Part shown: one piece after another, positions 49,201 to 62,600 of the stretch
Layout: each line of letters opens with the position of its first letter
How positions within the stretch are numbered: the first letter of the stretch is position 1
DNA from: Podarcis bocagei
Lineage: Eukaryota
Reading direction: 5' to 3' (one strand)
Assembly (NCBI GenBank): GCA_964188305.1
Contig: OZ076885.1
DNA length: 64,000 nt
Made by a program: the position numbers and the translations under genes
The notes under the pieces: generated by a model
Seen by the model: only the letters and a program-made list of their open reading frames with translations
The model's database searches: none
Told to the model about the DNA's origin: nothing

Positions 49201-52200
49201 TGCTGTGGCCCAAGTACTCTGGAATGGCCTCTGAAAGAAGTCTCATAAGGCTTCCTCTCTGTATTCCTTCCAGGGTCAGGGTGGGCTCTCTTTTTCACAA
49301 TGTCTAAAAATTAGGTTTGATAATTTTTTTCTGTTCTGCTCTATTTGTACAGATCCGTTAATACTGCTTGCTTAGACATCTGTTGGTTTTAAATGAATGG
49401 TTTTTAATGTGCTATAATTTGACTGCCTTTAAAGCCTTGGTCATACACTGTTTTGGAAATCTATTGTTGAAAGACCATATAACTTATTGAAAGAAAAGCA
49501 AAACCAGTTCGGGAGTTAGAGGTGCTAGACCAGATACTCACGATTCCCACAGTTGAATCCTCCTAATCCAAATGGGCAACTGAAACAGGAAGAAAAAAAT
49601 TCCAATCAATTAAGTGTTAATTGAACCAATATGAAAGTGATCAAAATGCATTAATGGCTGGTGATGGCAATGAGCAGGAGGGAAAGGAATGTGAAACAAA
49701 GAAAACAGATTTCTATAATTTACTGTACCTCACACAGGTGTCATTCACAAGTTTATACCCATCTTCACAAGCTAAAAGAGAAAGAGAATGTCCATGAGCA
49801 CATCTCAGAAAGATAATTTGCTGGTATCCAAAAAACTACTTTAGGTGAACTCGGTGCATTTTTATTTTTTTTACATCCCTGCCCACGTTAAACAGCAAAC
49901 GCTTGTGAAAAACTGCTTTTGAAGTTTCAAAAGTGGGTTTCCACTGGGTATGGCCAGCAGCTGCTCTTCAATCAACACAAGCACATCTTGGGTCGTCCAG
50001 AATCAATTGCACCATTCTGTTATATTCTGGCCAATAAATATGCACAATCAGTAGTGGCTGGCAGGGTGGTGTGGATGGGACCCAACATTAGTGAAGAGGG
50101 AGTTCTAACACAAGCCTGGTTCAAACCTTGGTTCAGCTCAGCTTAGAGAACCAGGGAGGAACAGAGTGGCGGAGAGTTCCTCTCAAGGATACAGCACGTT
50201 TATTCAGTTTCCCTAAGGCACAATTTGGCTTTCCATGTAGTGTGGAGCAGCTTACAGAAAGAGTGAGAGAAAGCAGTGAGTGAAGACCTTGAAATATGAA
50301 CTTTCAATTTTTCACCAACTGACATTGAATTATGTTTTATTGAAGCTTTTAATAATGTTTTTATGGATACATTTTGCTGATTTGATTCTTCTATGTTGTA
50401 CACCCCCTTGATATATTCTGACAAAAGTGTGGATTACAAACAGCGCAAATAAATTAATAAAAATAAGACAATACTAGGCAAGTAACTTGATGCATTTAAA
50501 CCAGCTGGCCAGTGGAGGTCACTCTTAACACACAGCAATGCTGCATATGAAAAGACTTGCAGCGGTGTCCACATTTCACTCAAATACATCTTTAACCAAA
50601 AGCAGCCTGTGCAGACAGCAGTGTTGAGCAGAGGAACAGGGGTAAAGGTGGGGAGGGGAGGAGGCATGGGCTGGGCGGTATCAGCTTTTCAACATCGTGG
50701 TAAACATCGCAGTTTGGCGATATACCGTGATGTTGAAAAAACAAGATGCATTGGCCTCTGCCTGTGAGACACCAGGTGAAACTGCCCCAGCTCTCGCCTC
50801 GAGAGCTGAGATGGTTTCTCCCAGGGCTGCAGGCTGGGACAATGCAGCTTGTTCATGCAACTCAGCTGGGGAGAGGGAACCCCCCCCCCCCCGCTGAGAT
50901 GGCTTGCAGAAACCAGCTCCTTTAACTGCTCAACTGAGGCAAGGGCAGCTGCACACTCCTCCATCAAGCAGTTTAAAGACGCAGAGGGAGGAACAGGCTG
51001 TATCGGTGGTTCCGTTGTATGAGTACAGAGTGGGATGGCGATTACACTCAGCGATATATTGGTGGTGAAACTGCCAGTGCTCCTGAGTCCCTCTGCTAGC
51101 AGCGCCCGCTGGAGGAAGGAACTTTTGACTCCCTCCAGTGGACACAGCTAGCAGAGGGACTTGGGAGAGATGGTGGTTTCACCTGTGATATACAGTGGTA
51201 CCTCGGGTTAAGTACTTAATTTGTTCCGGAGGTCCGTTCTTAACCTGAAACTATTCTTAAACTGAAGCACCACTTTAGCTAATGGGGCCTCCTGCTGCTG
51301 CCGAACCGCCGGAGCACTATTTCTGTTCTCATCCTGAAGCAAAGTTCTTAACCTGAGGTACTATTTCTGGGTTAGCAGAGTCTGTAACCTGAAGCGTATG
51401 TAACCTGAAGCGTATGTAACCCGAGGTACCACTGTACTGCTGAATGAAGCTGACATCACGGTCTGCTCCTCATACCGATCCTGGGCAATATATCGATATA
51501 TTGCCCAGGCCTAGAGGAGGCTTTCGCCTCTTTGATTATGATTCCCATCATCATCCCCTTCGTGGTATATAGGCACACTTAACTTTTCCTTTTCAGGGGG
51601 AAGAGGGGGGAAAAAGAGAAAATGTCCATGAGAACACCTCAGTAACAGAGAATATATAGAGAGAAAGAGAGAATGAATACATTAGATATCCAAAAATGAA
51701 CTCAGTCTAAATCAGCTGGGAGTGATTTTGAATTTGTTTTTTAATGGCTAAGGGCAAAGGGTTTAAGTATCATCACTATTCCTTTGCTCAGTGTCTCAGG
51801 GTCGTATCCAACACTGAGTGGGGAGTTCCACTTTTGCAGTGGGACGTCCCCTTCTCCTTTCCCTATGTACCCTCAAAATCTGATCTGGAGGGTTATCCAA
51901 GCCTCTGGAGCAGATTTTGAGGGTGCTCAGGAGACTGCAGGGCAAAAGGACGAAGAGGAGTTCTGTTGTGCAAAGTGAAGTCTGCTGCTCTAGTGGGATA
52001 GCAGCACTGGATACAAACTAGAGTTTCCAGAGGCTGTTTTTGGTTTACAGATTTACATGTCGTTTCCGCCTAATGGCACATATTTAGCATTCACAAGGTC
52101 CCAGAAGGCATAGGAAACGAGAGGCAGAATGCATGCTTTGCATTCAGAAACTCCCAGGCTGAATCCTTTGCATCTCTGGATAAAATGATCAGTTAGCAGG

Positions 52201-53455
52201 TAACGTGAAAAACCAGTCCCTAGGACCCCAGAGACCCACTGCTATTCAGGATAGACAATGCCCGGATAAATGGAGAAATAGCCTGGTGGTATAAAGCAGC
52301 TTTCTATGTTGTTTCTAATACTTTAATCTGTGGCATTCCTGTGGATTAATAGTGACCTCTGCTAGTCAACTGGTTTAAATCAATGCTGAACCAAAGACCC
52401 ATCCCTGTACATTTCAGGGGGTTTAAGGGAATGAGGCCAAACCCATGCCGAAGACTGGGGGAGGGTGAACATTTGCAATGGGAACAGCAAAAGTTCAGGA
52501 AACTTTTAACAAGTAGTGAGGATTTCCTCCTCTCCCCTTCCACTGAACAAACCTGAAGCACTGCTGCAAGTTCAGCAACAGTGTGGAGTGAGCAGTGGAG
52601 CCTGCATTGTCGTTCCTATGCAAATACAGGGCTTTCAATGCTATTTGTTTAAATGCTGCATTTCATCTTTATGTTATAAATTAATGGATTCTGTTATTTA
52701 TTTAGTGGGGCCAAAATTCAGATTGTATTTTCTATCTTTAGTTTTCAAGGAGATGGCAATCCTCTTTGATTGTTATTGGTCACATTTATATGTGGTCTAC
52801 AGAGCTTAATAAAGATAAGGAAGGTAGGAAAAGTGAAAAATGAAACTCGGTTGCAGCTTACCAGCTAAGTTTTGCTGGAGCCCACAAGGCTAAACAATTT
52901 GCACACAGTGATTTTAAGTTAGGCCCTACACATTCCTTATTGGCAAACAATTATGTGGTGTTCCAGCTCTGCCCTTTATGTATCATCCATAAAAGGGACC
53001 CCTCTACTATTCAAGTGAGCAGCTTAGAACAGTGGAATGAGCAAGTTAAATAAATTGCTGCTATGCTTGATGGAAGGCGGGGGAGGTCTGGCACCTTGCC
53101 TCCCCCCCCCTCTGAGAATGTATAAAGCGCTAACTCCAAAACATGCTATTATCTGAAAGCCAGAAACCACTTTTTCCCCAACACTGAAACACATCTGGAT
53201 ATTTTTTTTCTGCTGTGCAGTGAACCCAGCCACCCACCGTGTCTAAACACAACCATTTTCAAAATGCAGGACACATCAACAGAACGCTTGAGATCCAGAA
53301 CTCAAGACAGATAAACAGGCAGGTAAATCTGCATCTGTTAGACAAGTACAGCCAAAGTTTAGGTTGATTTCATGCAGAAAATCTCTGGAACCAAATGGCA
53401 TTATAAACTTGGCAGGGAAGCTCCTTATTAAGAGTTGGCAGCGTGTTGTTCTTCA

Positions 53456-53494
<39 letters not shown>

Positions 53495-56400
53495 AAGCTA
53501 CTTTCTCTCTCTACTGTTCCCTGACCCTGCATAAGAGTCACATATACTCCTCATTCACTCGCTTGCCCTGGCAGGACTTCAGAAATCTAGCTCTGGCTCC
53601 TCCCCAGGTGCCATGAACTCCTGAAAATTGCCAACAAAGAGGGCATCCTGGACCATAATTCAACCATATCTCCCAGTTTTGCTGGGATTACTAATGTAGG
53701 TATCCCCAGAGCTGGTCAAGGACACAGCTGTTGCTTAATGGGGCGCTTGTGTAGGAGTTCCCAACCAATCTAGAGTGCTGCAGAATTTAAGTTAAACCAA
53801 CCTTGGTGTTGCTGCACTTAACTCTGGCCTGCTCTGGTCAAGAGAGGTTCAGAGGCTGTAGTCTGGAGCAAGTGGAACTGCATGTTGTCCAGTTTGTGGC
53901 TGCTGCCAGCAAATGACTGAGTGAATTGGTTGATTCACTCCTGTGTCCATAGAAAGGTGAGAGAGGATTCCTCTCAGAGGATGGGTGGAGGAAGAAGCCT
54001 TGATGATCTTGGGAATGGAGGGGGTTGGTGGAACACAGATAGAAGCTGGATGATTGTGGAGCAAAGAGAGAAAGGCGTTGGATGGGGATGGGGGTAGAAG
54101 GATGTTGGATGGCCATGCAGAGAAGAAAAGGAGCTGGGGGTTATGGGGGGAATAAAGAGAATAAAGATATAAGTGAAAGGAGCTGGTTAGGGAATAGAAA
54201 AAGAAGCACAACATCCCAAGTGCCAGGGACCATACTCCCCAGAAATTGTGGGGCATCTGTATCTTTTAAAGTAAAATTTATTTTGGGATTGAGGGGCCTT
54301 GGAGCATAGGAAGAGGTATAATAAGGTGCTGTCTTGGTTTTGGCCTCCACTGATTTGATAAATCACAAGTGAATGTGAGATTCTACAAGAGGTTTTTAAT
54401 TTTTGTCTTTATGATGATTTGTTTTATAATTTTACTTATTATATAGATGAAAGCAGACTGACGAAGTTTCCTATTCCAATGTTGGAAATGGTCCATGTGA
54501 ACAAAGCAACACTTTCAGGCTAATGCTGAAGGTGTATTGGTCAGGGGCGCCCCCAGAGTGTGCAGGGAACCAAGGGGACGGAAATCAGGATCCGTGTTCA
54601 TGTTTGAGCCTCTGCAAATTCAAACTGAATGCCTGCAGAGAACTACAGAAATAAAATGAGGGTTATCTCAGAGTGAGCACAGATGTCAGATTTCCGAAGT
54701 TCTTCTGTCTCTCCATGTTTAATTAATGTCTGAGGTGTAGACTAATGGAAGGTCACCGCGGCTACTTCCATTAACAGAAAAAGTGAGGTCATATTTCTGA
54801 AATCTAGACAGGGTCTAGGCTACATCCACATGGCTTAGTTAGCATGGAGTTCCTAAACAAGCAGTGGGGATAGTATTTTATTTTGGACTGAACTGGATTC
54901 AATCTAAAAGCTATCCAATAGGGTAATTAAATGCGACTGGATCATGTTTCTAAATGTGTTATCTGCTTTTCAGGATGAAAAAGCAATTCACACTTTGGAT
55001 CAGCTCAATTGGAACATTGTGAAGGATCCACCAAAACAGCCTGTGAATAAAAAGCAATTATCTTTTTTTTACTTCCTTTGGAGATCAGACAAAACAGAGA
55101 CAGAAATAACCGCACTATGTCATCTCTAAAAACTGAACTTTCGCCACAGGCATATCAGACCCCTCCCTGGCCTGCCCCCTTTTTATTCTTTTCACTGGAT
55201 CTTTCTGGCTTACACAGCATGCTGTGTAAAAGGATAATATTATTGCTGCACTGAGAGCAAGCAAGAGACCGTATCCCCAATTTCTACTGTAGAAAAACGA
55301 GCACTGGGAGAAGGAAACCTAAGCTTTTAATACTTATTCATAGGGCTTAGCACGCATAGAAATACAAGAAATCACACTGATCTGCGGAATATCCTTTGAA
55401 CTGGAACCAAAAGATTAAAGATGAACCCCAGCGATCCAGCTGTACAATGCATAATACCTCTGCAGGAATGATCCAGTTTGTTGTATTTGAAGTATCCAGC
55501 CTGGCACTTGCAAACTGCAATGCCGTCCAAGTCCACACACACAGAAGTTTCTTTGTCGCATTCCGGATCTTTGTGTTTACACAGACCGCCAACTATTGCA
55601 AAAAAAGAACATTGGGAAGGTCATTAACTAGGCGGAGGGAAAGTGCACCTTCACTGGATTCTTTCTCTACAGATATCAGAATTAGATATTTTGTGAGCGA
55701 GGGATGGGGAAAACATGTGGCCCTCCAAATGTTGCCAGACAGCAGTTTACACCATCCACAGGTTTCCTACCACTTGCTGGACCCTTGGTCTCTTTTGAAA
55801 TGCCACCATTGCTAAGGTACCAGGCTGTACAGCTGTTGCTCATCTCTTAATGACAAAAAACCTAACCAGCTGATCTTGCTAATCCAAGCATTCCCAGTGT
55901 GTTGGTTATAGCTGTGTACAGTGGTACTTCAGGTTAAGTACTTAATTCGTTCCAGAGGTCCGTACTTAACCTGAAACTGTTCTTAACCTGAAGCACCACT
56001 TTAGCTAATGGGGCCTCCTGCTGCCACTGCGCCACCGGAGCACAATTTCTGTTCTCATCCTGAAGCAAAGTTCTTAACCCGAGGTAATATTTCTGGGTTA
56101 GTGGAGTCTGTAACCTGAAGAGTATGTAACTGAAGCTTATGTAACCCGAGGTACCACTGTATACTACTAACTACTGTTGTAATTTTTAGATCTGTGTTTT
56201 ATGTTATTTGTGCATGATTTTATGCCAGCGTAGACATCACTCATGCCCATGCCAGCGTAGATGTCACTGAGAAAAAAGTGCAAAGGTGCTGGGAATGTAG
56301 GCTTGGGAGAGCACAACTTTGACTGAGACTCTGCCCTGCCCTGTGATGCCTAAAATCTTCCTCATAAAGGCATATGGAAGGCATTGAAGCGTCACTCTTG

Positions 56401-58551
56401 GCAGGTGTAAAATGGCCATGATTCACCTCCATAAGGCAGCGTGTTCAGCATGGAAGCCTGGTAGACCTTTATCTTGGTATTGGTCATTAGCATCACACTC
56501 TCCCATACCCTTTTGAAGAGGCAAGCCATTGCCACAGATGTCTTCTCAATACAGTGGTACCTTGGTTTACGAACTTAATCCATTCCAGAAGTCCGTTCTT
56601 AAACCGAATCCGTTCTTAAACCGAGGCACGCTTTCCCTAATGAGGCCTCCTGCCACTGGTGCCCTTCCACCATTCAGATTCCGTTCTTAGACCAAGGTAA
56701 AGTTCCCAAATGAAGACACTATTTCCGGTTTTGTAGAGTTTGTAAACCAAATCGTTCTTAAACCGGACTGTTCTTAAACCGAGGTACTACTGTATGCTTG
56801 TCCAGCTCTCATTGATGAAAAGGTTGCTGGTTATGGTAGAGCCCATTTTCTTGTATTGGTAATTTAACTTTGTGGTTTTGTGTTATTTTGTGTTTCCTCT
56901 GTGCATCCTTAGTGGGTTGGACACTGAAATACCATTTCCCTTGCCAGTTCTGACTATGATCAGGTTTCCCTTCTTTTCCACTAAGGATTAGCATCCTTGA
57001 AAAATCTAACTGTTGGTAAGCTAATCAATTTAAAGATCTATATTATTAGTAGTACTACTGTTTTATTTTAAAAACCTGTACTGTCATCTCTCATCCTGTG
57101 GCTCTGAGAAGTGTTGCCCCATAATTTTGACAGGTTCGCACCACGTGGTCAGGATTCAATGCCGCACCTCTGACATGAAAAGCCTGTACACAAAGACCAT
57201 AATCCCACGGTGTGTCCCATATTTTACTTACAAGAATGTTTTTGTAGAGAGGCAAGCTTCTCACACATGTGAGAATGAAATCTTTATTTTATCCTATAGA
57301 GGCTTTCAAGAGGCTTTCTGTTTCAGTGAAACAAAGCTTTTCAAAGAGAGCTTTGAAGAAAGCAAGCTTTTTTTAAAAAAAAGAAAGAAAAGACAGAATG
57401 TTCTTTTGAAAACTTTCTTTTTAAAAAAAAAGAAAAAGAAAAAACCAACCCCAAAGAACAGTGTTTAACCATGTCTTTTTACCTCTGTGGAGCAGTGTAA
57501 GTTTAGAGATGAACTGGCAAGTCTGTGTGGGAGCCTTGCAGGCTCGAATGTGGCTTCGCACGGTGCTAGCAACCTCAAAAAGGGTGACGTTGGAGACCAA
57601 AGAAAAGGTGCTCAGGACAGACACTTGCATGATACCCAACTGCCTGTGGAAAGAGTGAGAAAATGCAAAGTCTGCATCATCATCCTGCAGTTGTAGAACC
57701 ACAACACTTATTTGAGAATGGTACAAATATCATACACACAGCATGAACACATTTTCCTAGTCTTGGCTTGGCAGTATGTGTTTGCCTGTGGTGCTTTATA
57801 TCAAAAAGACAGGGAGACAGTGCACTTCAGAGGCTGCTAGATTCAAAGCGCCTACCTGACCCTTCTCCAGGCAGAGCTCCTACCACTTTTGCAGGTGCCT
57901 GGGGGAAGACTAGGACCATGCCAAGGCCCTGGCTATAAAGCCAATGATGGTTGTGCTAGAAAATCTGGCATGCTTGATTCCATTAAGAATCTTCAGAGCA
58001 GGTGCATTCCTGTGACTTAGCGTGATGGCTGGAAGCAACATGTACATGCTTCAGGGAAGGGTTATGGGTTTGTTTTGCCAAATTGCACCAATTCCATGCA
58101 ATATAAAGAAGCCACAGGTTGATCAAGGGGAAAGGGGAAAAGAGCTTCTGCTCCTTTACAGTTGTGTACACGAGAAAATTTCAGGAGCGGCATCTTTTAT
58201 TACTCAACATGATAAACTGCTCCTGCCCAAATTCCCTCTTGTAGTTATCATTTATTATTTCTATAGCAGCATCAATGTTTGTGGCATTTTACAGGGTAGA
58301 TGAAGACCACAGCCTGTACCAGAAGGCTTCAATCTTCAATTGAGGTAAAGAGTTAACCGACTGAAGGAGGTGGGGAGAACCAGGGAAAGAATATGTGTTA
58401 TTGCAGTCTCTCTTCTTCCCAATTATTAATGGCACAGTACCATGGGTGGGGGGTGGGAGGGACTGTGGACTACATATCACAGTATAAAATGGTTTTTATA
58501 TGTTCTGGAAGCTTCTTGGAGTGGCTGGAGAAATCCAGCTGGATGGGTGGG

Positions 58552-58603
<52 letters not shown>

Positions 58604-58987
58604 GCTCTGGGGCAAGAGTTCAAATCAAAGCCCAGCCACCAAAAGTGATGGTTTGAATGTTTCATGATCCTTACCTGGATGCTTTAACAGTGGATGTGTA
58701 ATAGCCTGGCAATGTTGAAAGAGAATTGTTCAGCTGGAAAAAAAATTGAACATTGTATTGGTTTGTTTGTTAGCAAATTGAGCCAGGAGCAACGAGCTTC
58801 GCCATCATGCCATGGATCCTAACCCAGCTGCACCAGGTAGCTGGGCTGCCTCTGCTCACTTGGTGTGGCCCCTCACCACCATTCCGCCCCCCAGTGTGCA
58901 AGGAGATCCTGGTCACCCACAAATAGCAGCACATGGGGACATGAGAGAGGAACTTGGCCACCTATTGCAACGGAGAGGCATAGGCAT

Positions 58988-59024
<37 letters not shown>

Positions 59025-59578
59025 GGGTGCATGTGTGCTGTTGCAAGGGGCCCACATAAATCTGGAGCTGACTCTGCTTACACCTTTGAGGAGCAGAGAA
59101 GCTTCTAACTGTGAAATTTCCGAATGCAAGCTCATGGGTCACGAGAGGAAAAAGGCAAGAAGCAGCATGATGGGCAAAGTTGTCCACCGTGGACAACTTT
59201 AGGATGTGCTGGAGAACTTTCTAAGATCATTCACAAGTTAAAAAGACAAATTCTACTGCGCTGTAGGGCAGGCAAAGGTTCCAGCCATGCCCCTGATAAG
59301 AGAGCCTTCTGTAAAAGAGCTGGGCAAAGAGAAGAAGCCCCCTTATTTCTTCCAGCAAACTGCCTCCTCACAAGCTGCCACTGTCAGTTAAATACTATGC
59401 TTAAAAAGCAACTTTTGACACTTACCATGTTCATAATAGCTTCTTCAACTTGAAACTCTGAGTACTGCCCTCCAGTTGTGTTAAACTGGCCAACAAAGGT
59501 TCGAACTGAAGGCAAGAGGATAGCTTGTTAGCTACTTTAAGGGTTAGATCTCTCTCTCTCTCTCTCTCTCTCTTTCAT

Positions 59579-59610
<32 letters not shown>

Positions 59611-62600
59611 ATTGAATGCCAAGGAAACCTAACTTTTCTCCACAACAGTTAAATAGAAACATGTCTTTTTATTTAAATGGAAGCTTTGTTTCTAAGGCCC
59701 AAACTAGACATTACACAGCAGAACATTGTTAACTGCCAATCATACATTAATGTTAGAACACAGGAAGCTGCCTTATAACAAGTCAGGTGATTGGCCCATC
59801 TAGCTCAGTATTGTCTACAATGACTGGCAGTGGCTACTCATGGTCCTCCAGCCATTGTTGGACTGCAACTCTCATATTCCCGGACTATTGGCCATGCTAG
59901 CTGTGGCTGATGTATGGTTGAATCCAACAACGTAAGGCACATCTTCTCTACTCCTTTAAAGTCTTGAAGTATAAAATCATGGATTGGATAAGTTAGTTGA
60001 ACTTCGGTTTAATTGAAATTGATAACACAAGTTAAACATGACTGGCTTCAGTTTCATTGATCTCAATGAGAACCAGTTCCTGCAAACCAGCAAAGTGAGG
60101 TTAAATGTATTTCTGGTAATAAGAAGCAGCCGGTGCTAGTAAAACCTTTTAAAATAATAATAACAAATTAAGCTAAATGTGGCTTTATGTTTTATTAAGA
60201 AGTTTGCCCCCACCCCCGGTCCCTTCAGTTCTCTTACCTAAATTGCACTTTCCTTTCTCCATCTGGTAGCCCAGGGAACACATGCAATGGAACGAACCTT
60301 GTGTGTTAGTACATGTGGCCAAGGCCGGGCATGGATTAGACAGACACTCATCTACATCTGAAACAGAAGGAAAAAGCCACAGCCTTTCGAATGGAAGTCC
60401 ACCAATCCACTTTTCATTGCTGTAAAGCACTGATGTAAAGGGCTGCCATTATTCCTCCATTACCTGTACTGCAGTCCTCTCCCTGCCAACCAGGTGAACA
60501 CTGGCACTGGAATTTGTCCATCAAGTTATCCACAATGCATTTCCCATTATTAAGGCAAGTCTCTGCGGTGCACACATTAGCTGTGAAATAAAGCATTTGA
60601 AGAATTAAGTCAGGATCAACAGATGTGACCAAATTCACCTCTGAACCCCCACATTCAACAAGCAAGGTAGTGCACTGCACCTTTCACCCGCATGCACACA
60701 AAAGCTTCCTCTTCTGGTACCCAGAACCAACAAGTCAAGCTGAATAGACTATATGCTGCTGGGGTGATCACTCTCCAAAACCATGCAATAAATGGCTACT
60801 GCTGGTTTCCCAAAACACATGGAGAACTAGCTTCCACTCATCCTGCTGATCTGAGTCTCACTTCTGGCATTCTGAAGGTGGGGTACCTCTGGAGCATTAC
60901 CAGCAATGGGCACCTTCAAGCCAAAAAGAAGTGATGCGCTTCACAATGTAGCCTTACACCTTGGAGACAAAGCGCTATTCAGCCTACATCGCAAACATAA
61001 TTTTGTGCAACAGGCAGGCACAGCGGAAAGGACTTCAACCATAGGTCCTTGCCTTGCTTAAAAGCTGGAGAATATGGCCAGCAAACACTGGCACACTCTA
61101 TTAACTAAAGGAGTAAATGCATTATAAAATAACTATAGTACATAAATTATGCCACAGACACAAAGTTACACTATTGTACAACTGGGACATGCAACAAGAG
61201 GTTGTATTGTAGAGAGCTCCAGGGTTCTAGAGAGATGGGATAGCCATGCCCTTTTTTCCTGCAGATTCCATTTTATTATTCTAGATGATCCTTCCCCCAC
61301 CTCAACAAACATTCAACATTGTGTGGACATTGCTGGGTTGTTTTGAGACAGGTGTGACTGTGTCCCCTTTCAGTTTCATCCCCTATAGATGCTTTATGTG
61401 TGTGTGTGTGTTTTTAAAAAACTTACCCCCCCCCCCAATCTCCAAATAATTTTTGATTCTGAGCTCTGGAGTAGATGGTTTCTGTTTTTTGTAGAAAGGC
61501 ATAACCACTTTTTTTTTTTTAAAAAAAGATAAATCTACCAAATGAATTCCCATCCAAAAGTGCAATGATACAGCACCATTAAATCCATTTTTCGTGTTAT
61601 ACCCATTTCCATCATTTCTCAGAGAAGGCTTACCTTTTCCACGGGAAGCTGGAAATGTCCTTGGACTTCCTACCCATGCAAATGTAGTGGCTTTGGTGGG
61701 AACCGGTGAAGCAGAAACGGTCCCTGCAGTGGTTTTGCTGGAAGGAAACATTTTGGGAGGGTGGGCAGTAGTGGCTCTGGAATCAGTGGTTTTAGAAGCA
61801 GTGGTAGTGCTCGTTTCCATCCCTTTTGTGGGAGTTCCAGTGGCATAAAATGGCGTCTTGGTGGGAAGGGGAGGACGTACTTTCTGAGGCTTTGTAGTGA
61901 CCACATAATCCACGCTTGATGCCAACGTAGGCAATCCTAACGTTGTGTGTGCTATATTTACAAGGTTTTTTCCTGTGGTTACCCCCACCAAACTGAAGGC
62001 ATCCTCCAGAGTGGTTGTATATGGTAACGAAGCAGTTGTTGCTTTGGCTGTCTCTGAAACTGTGGTACTCTGGGCCCTGTACGTGGGAGACGTAGTCGGA
62101 ACAGGAGGCATTTTTCCAACCCTGGTCCCTGGGAGGGAAACATTTTGCCCCTCCAAGCCCTTGGTTTCATCTAGGGATACTGTCATATGTGACAAGTGGT
62201 CTGTGAGCTGTTCAGTAGTTTGGGTCAGAATAAGAGAAGATCCTGTTGTCCCCAGATCAGTGCTGTCCTTCAGTGGGTGTGTCCCAGTCTGGTTGCTGAA
62301 TGGCCTGTTGGAGCTTCCAGCTGTGGGTGGGTCTGTTCCAGTTGTCCCTTCAGATGCAGCCATAGAAACACTGCCTTCCAAAGGCTCACTAGGCTGCAGC
62401 AACGACGGTGTTGAGGAAAGAGGAGGCAATAAAGATGAGGATGGGGGCAGCGTGGGCAGTGCTGTTGGCGACTGCCTGCGTGAAAAAGTTGGCAAAAGTG
62501 TTTGAGGGGAAGGTGAAAGCAGGGTTGGGAAAGCAGAGGAAGACAATGGAAGAGGGGATTCTGAGGTCGAAAACAGAGTTGGCAGCTGAGTGGGTGGAAG

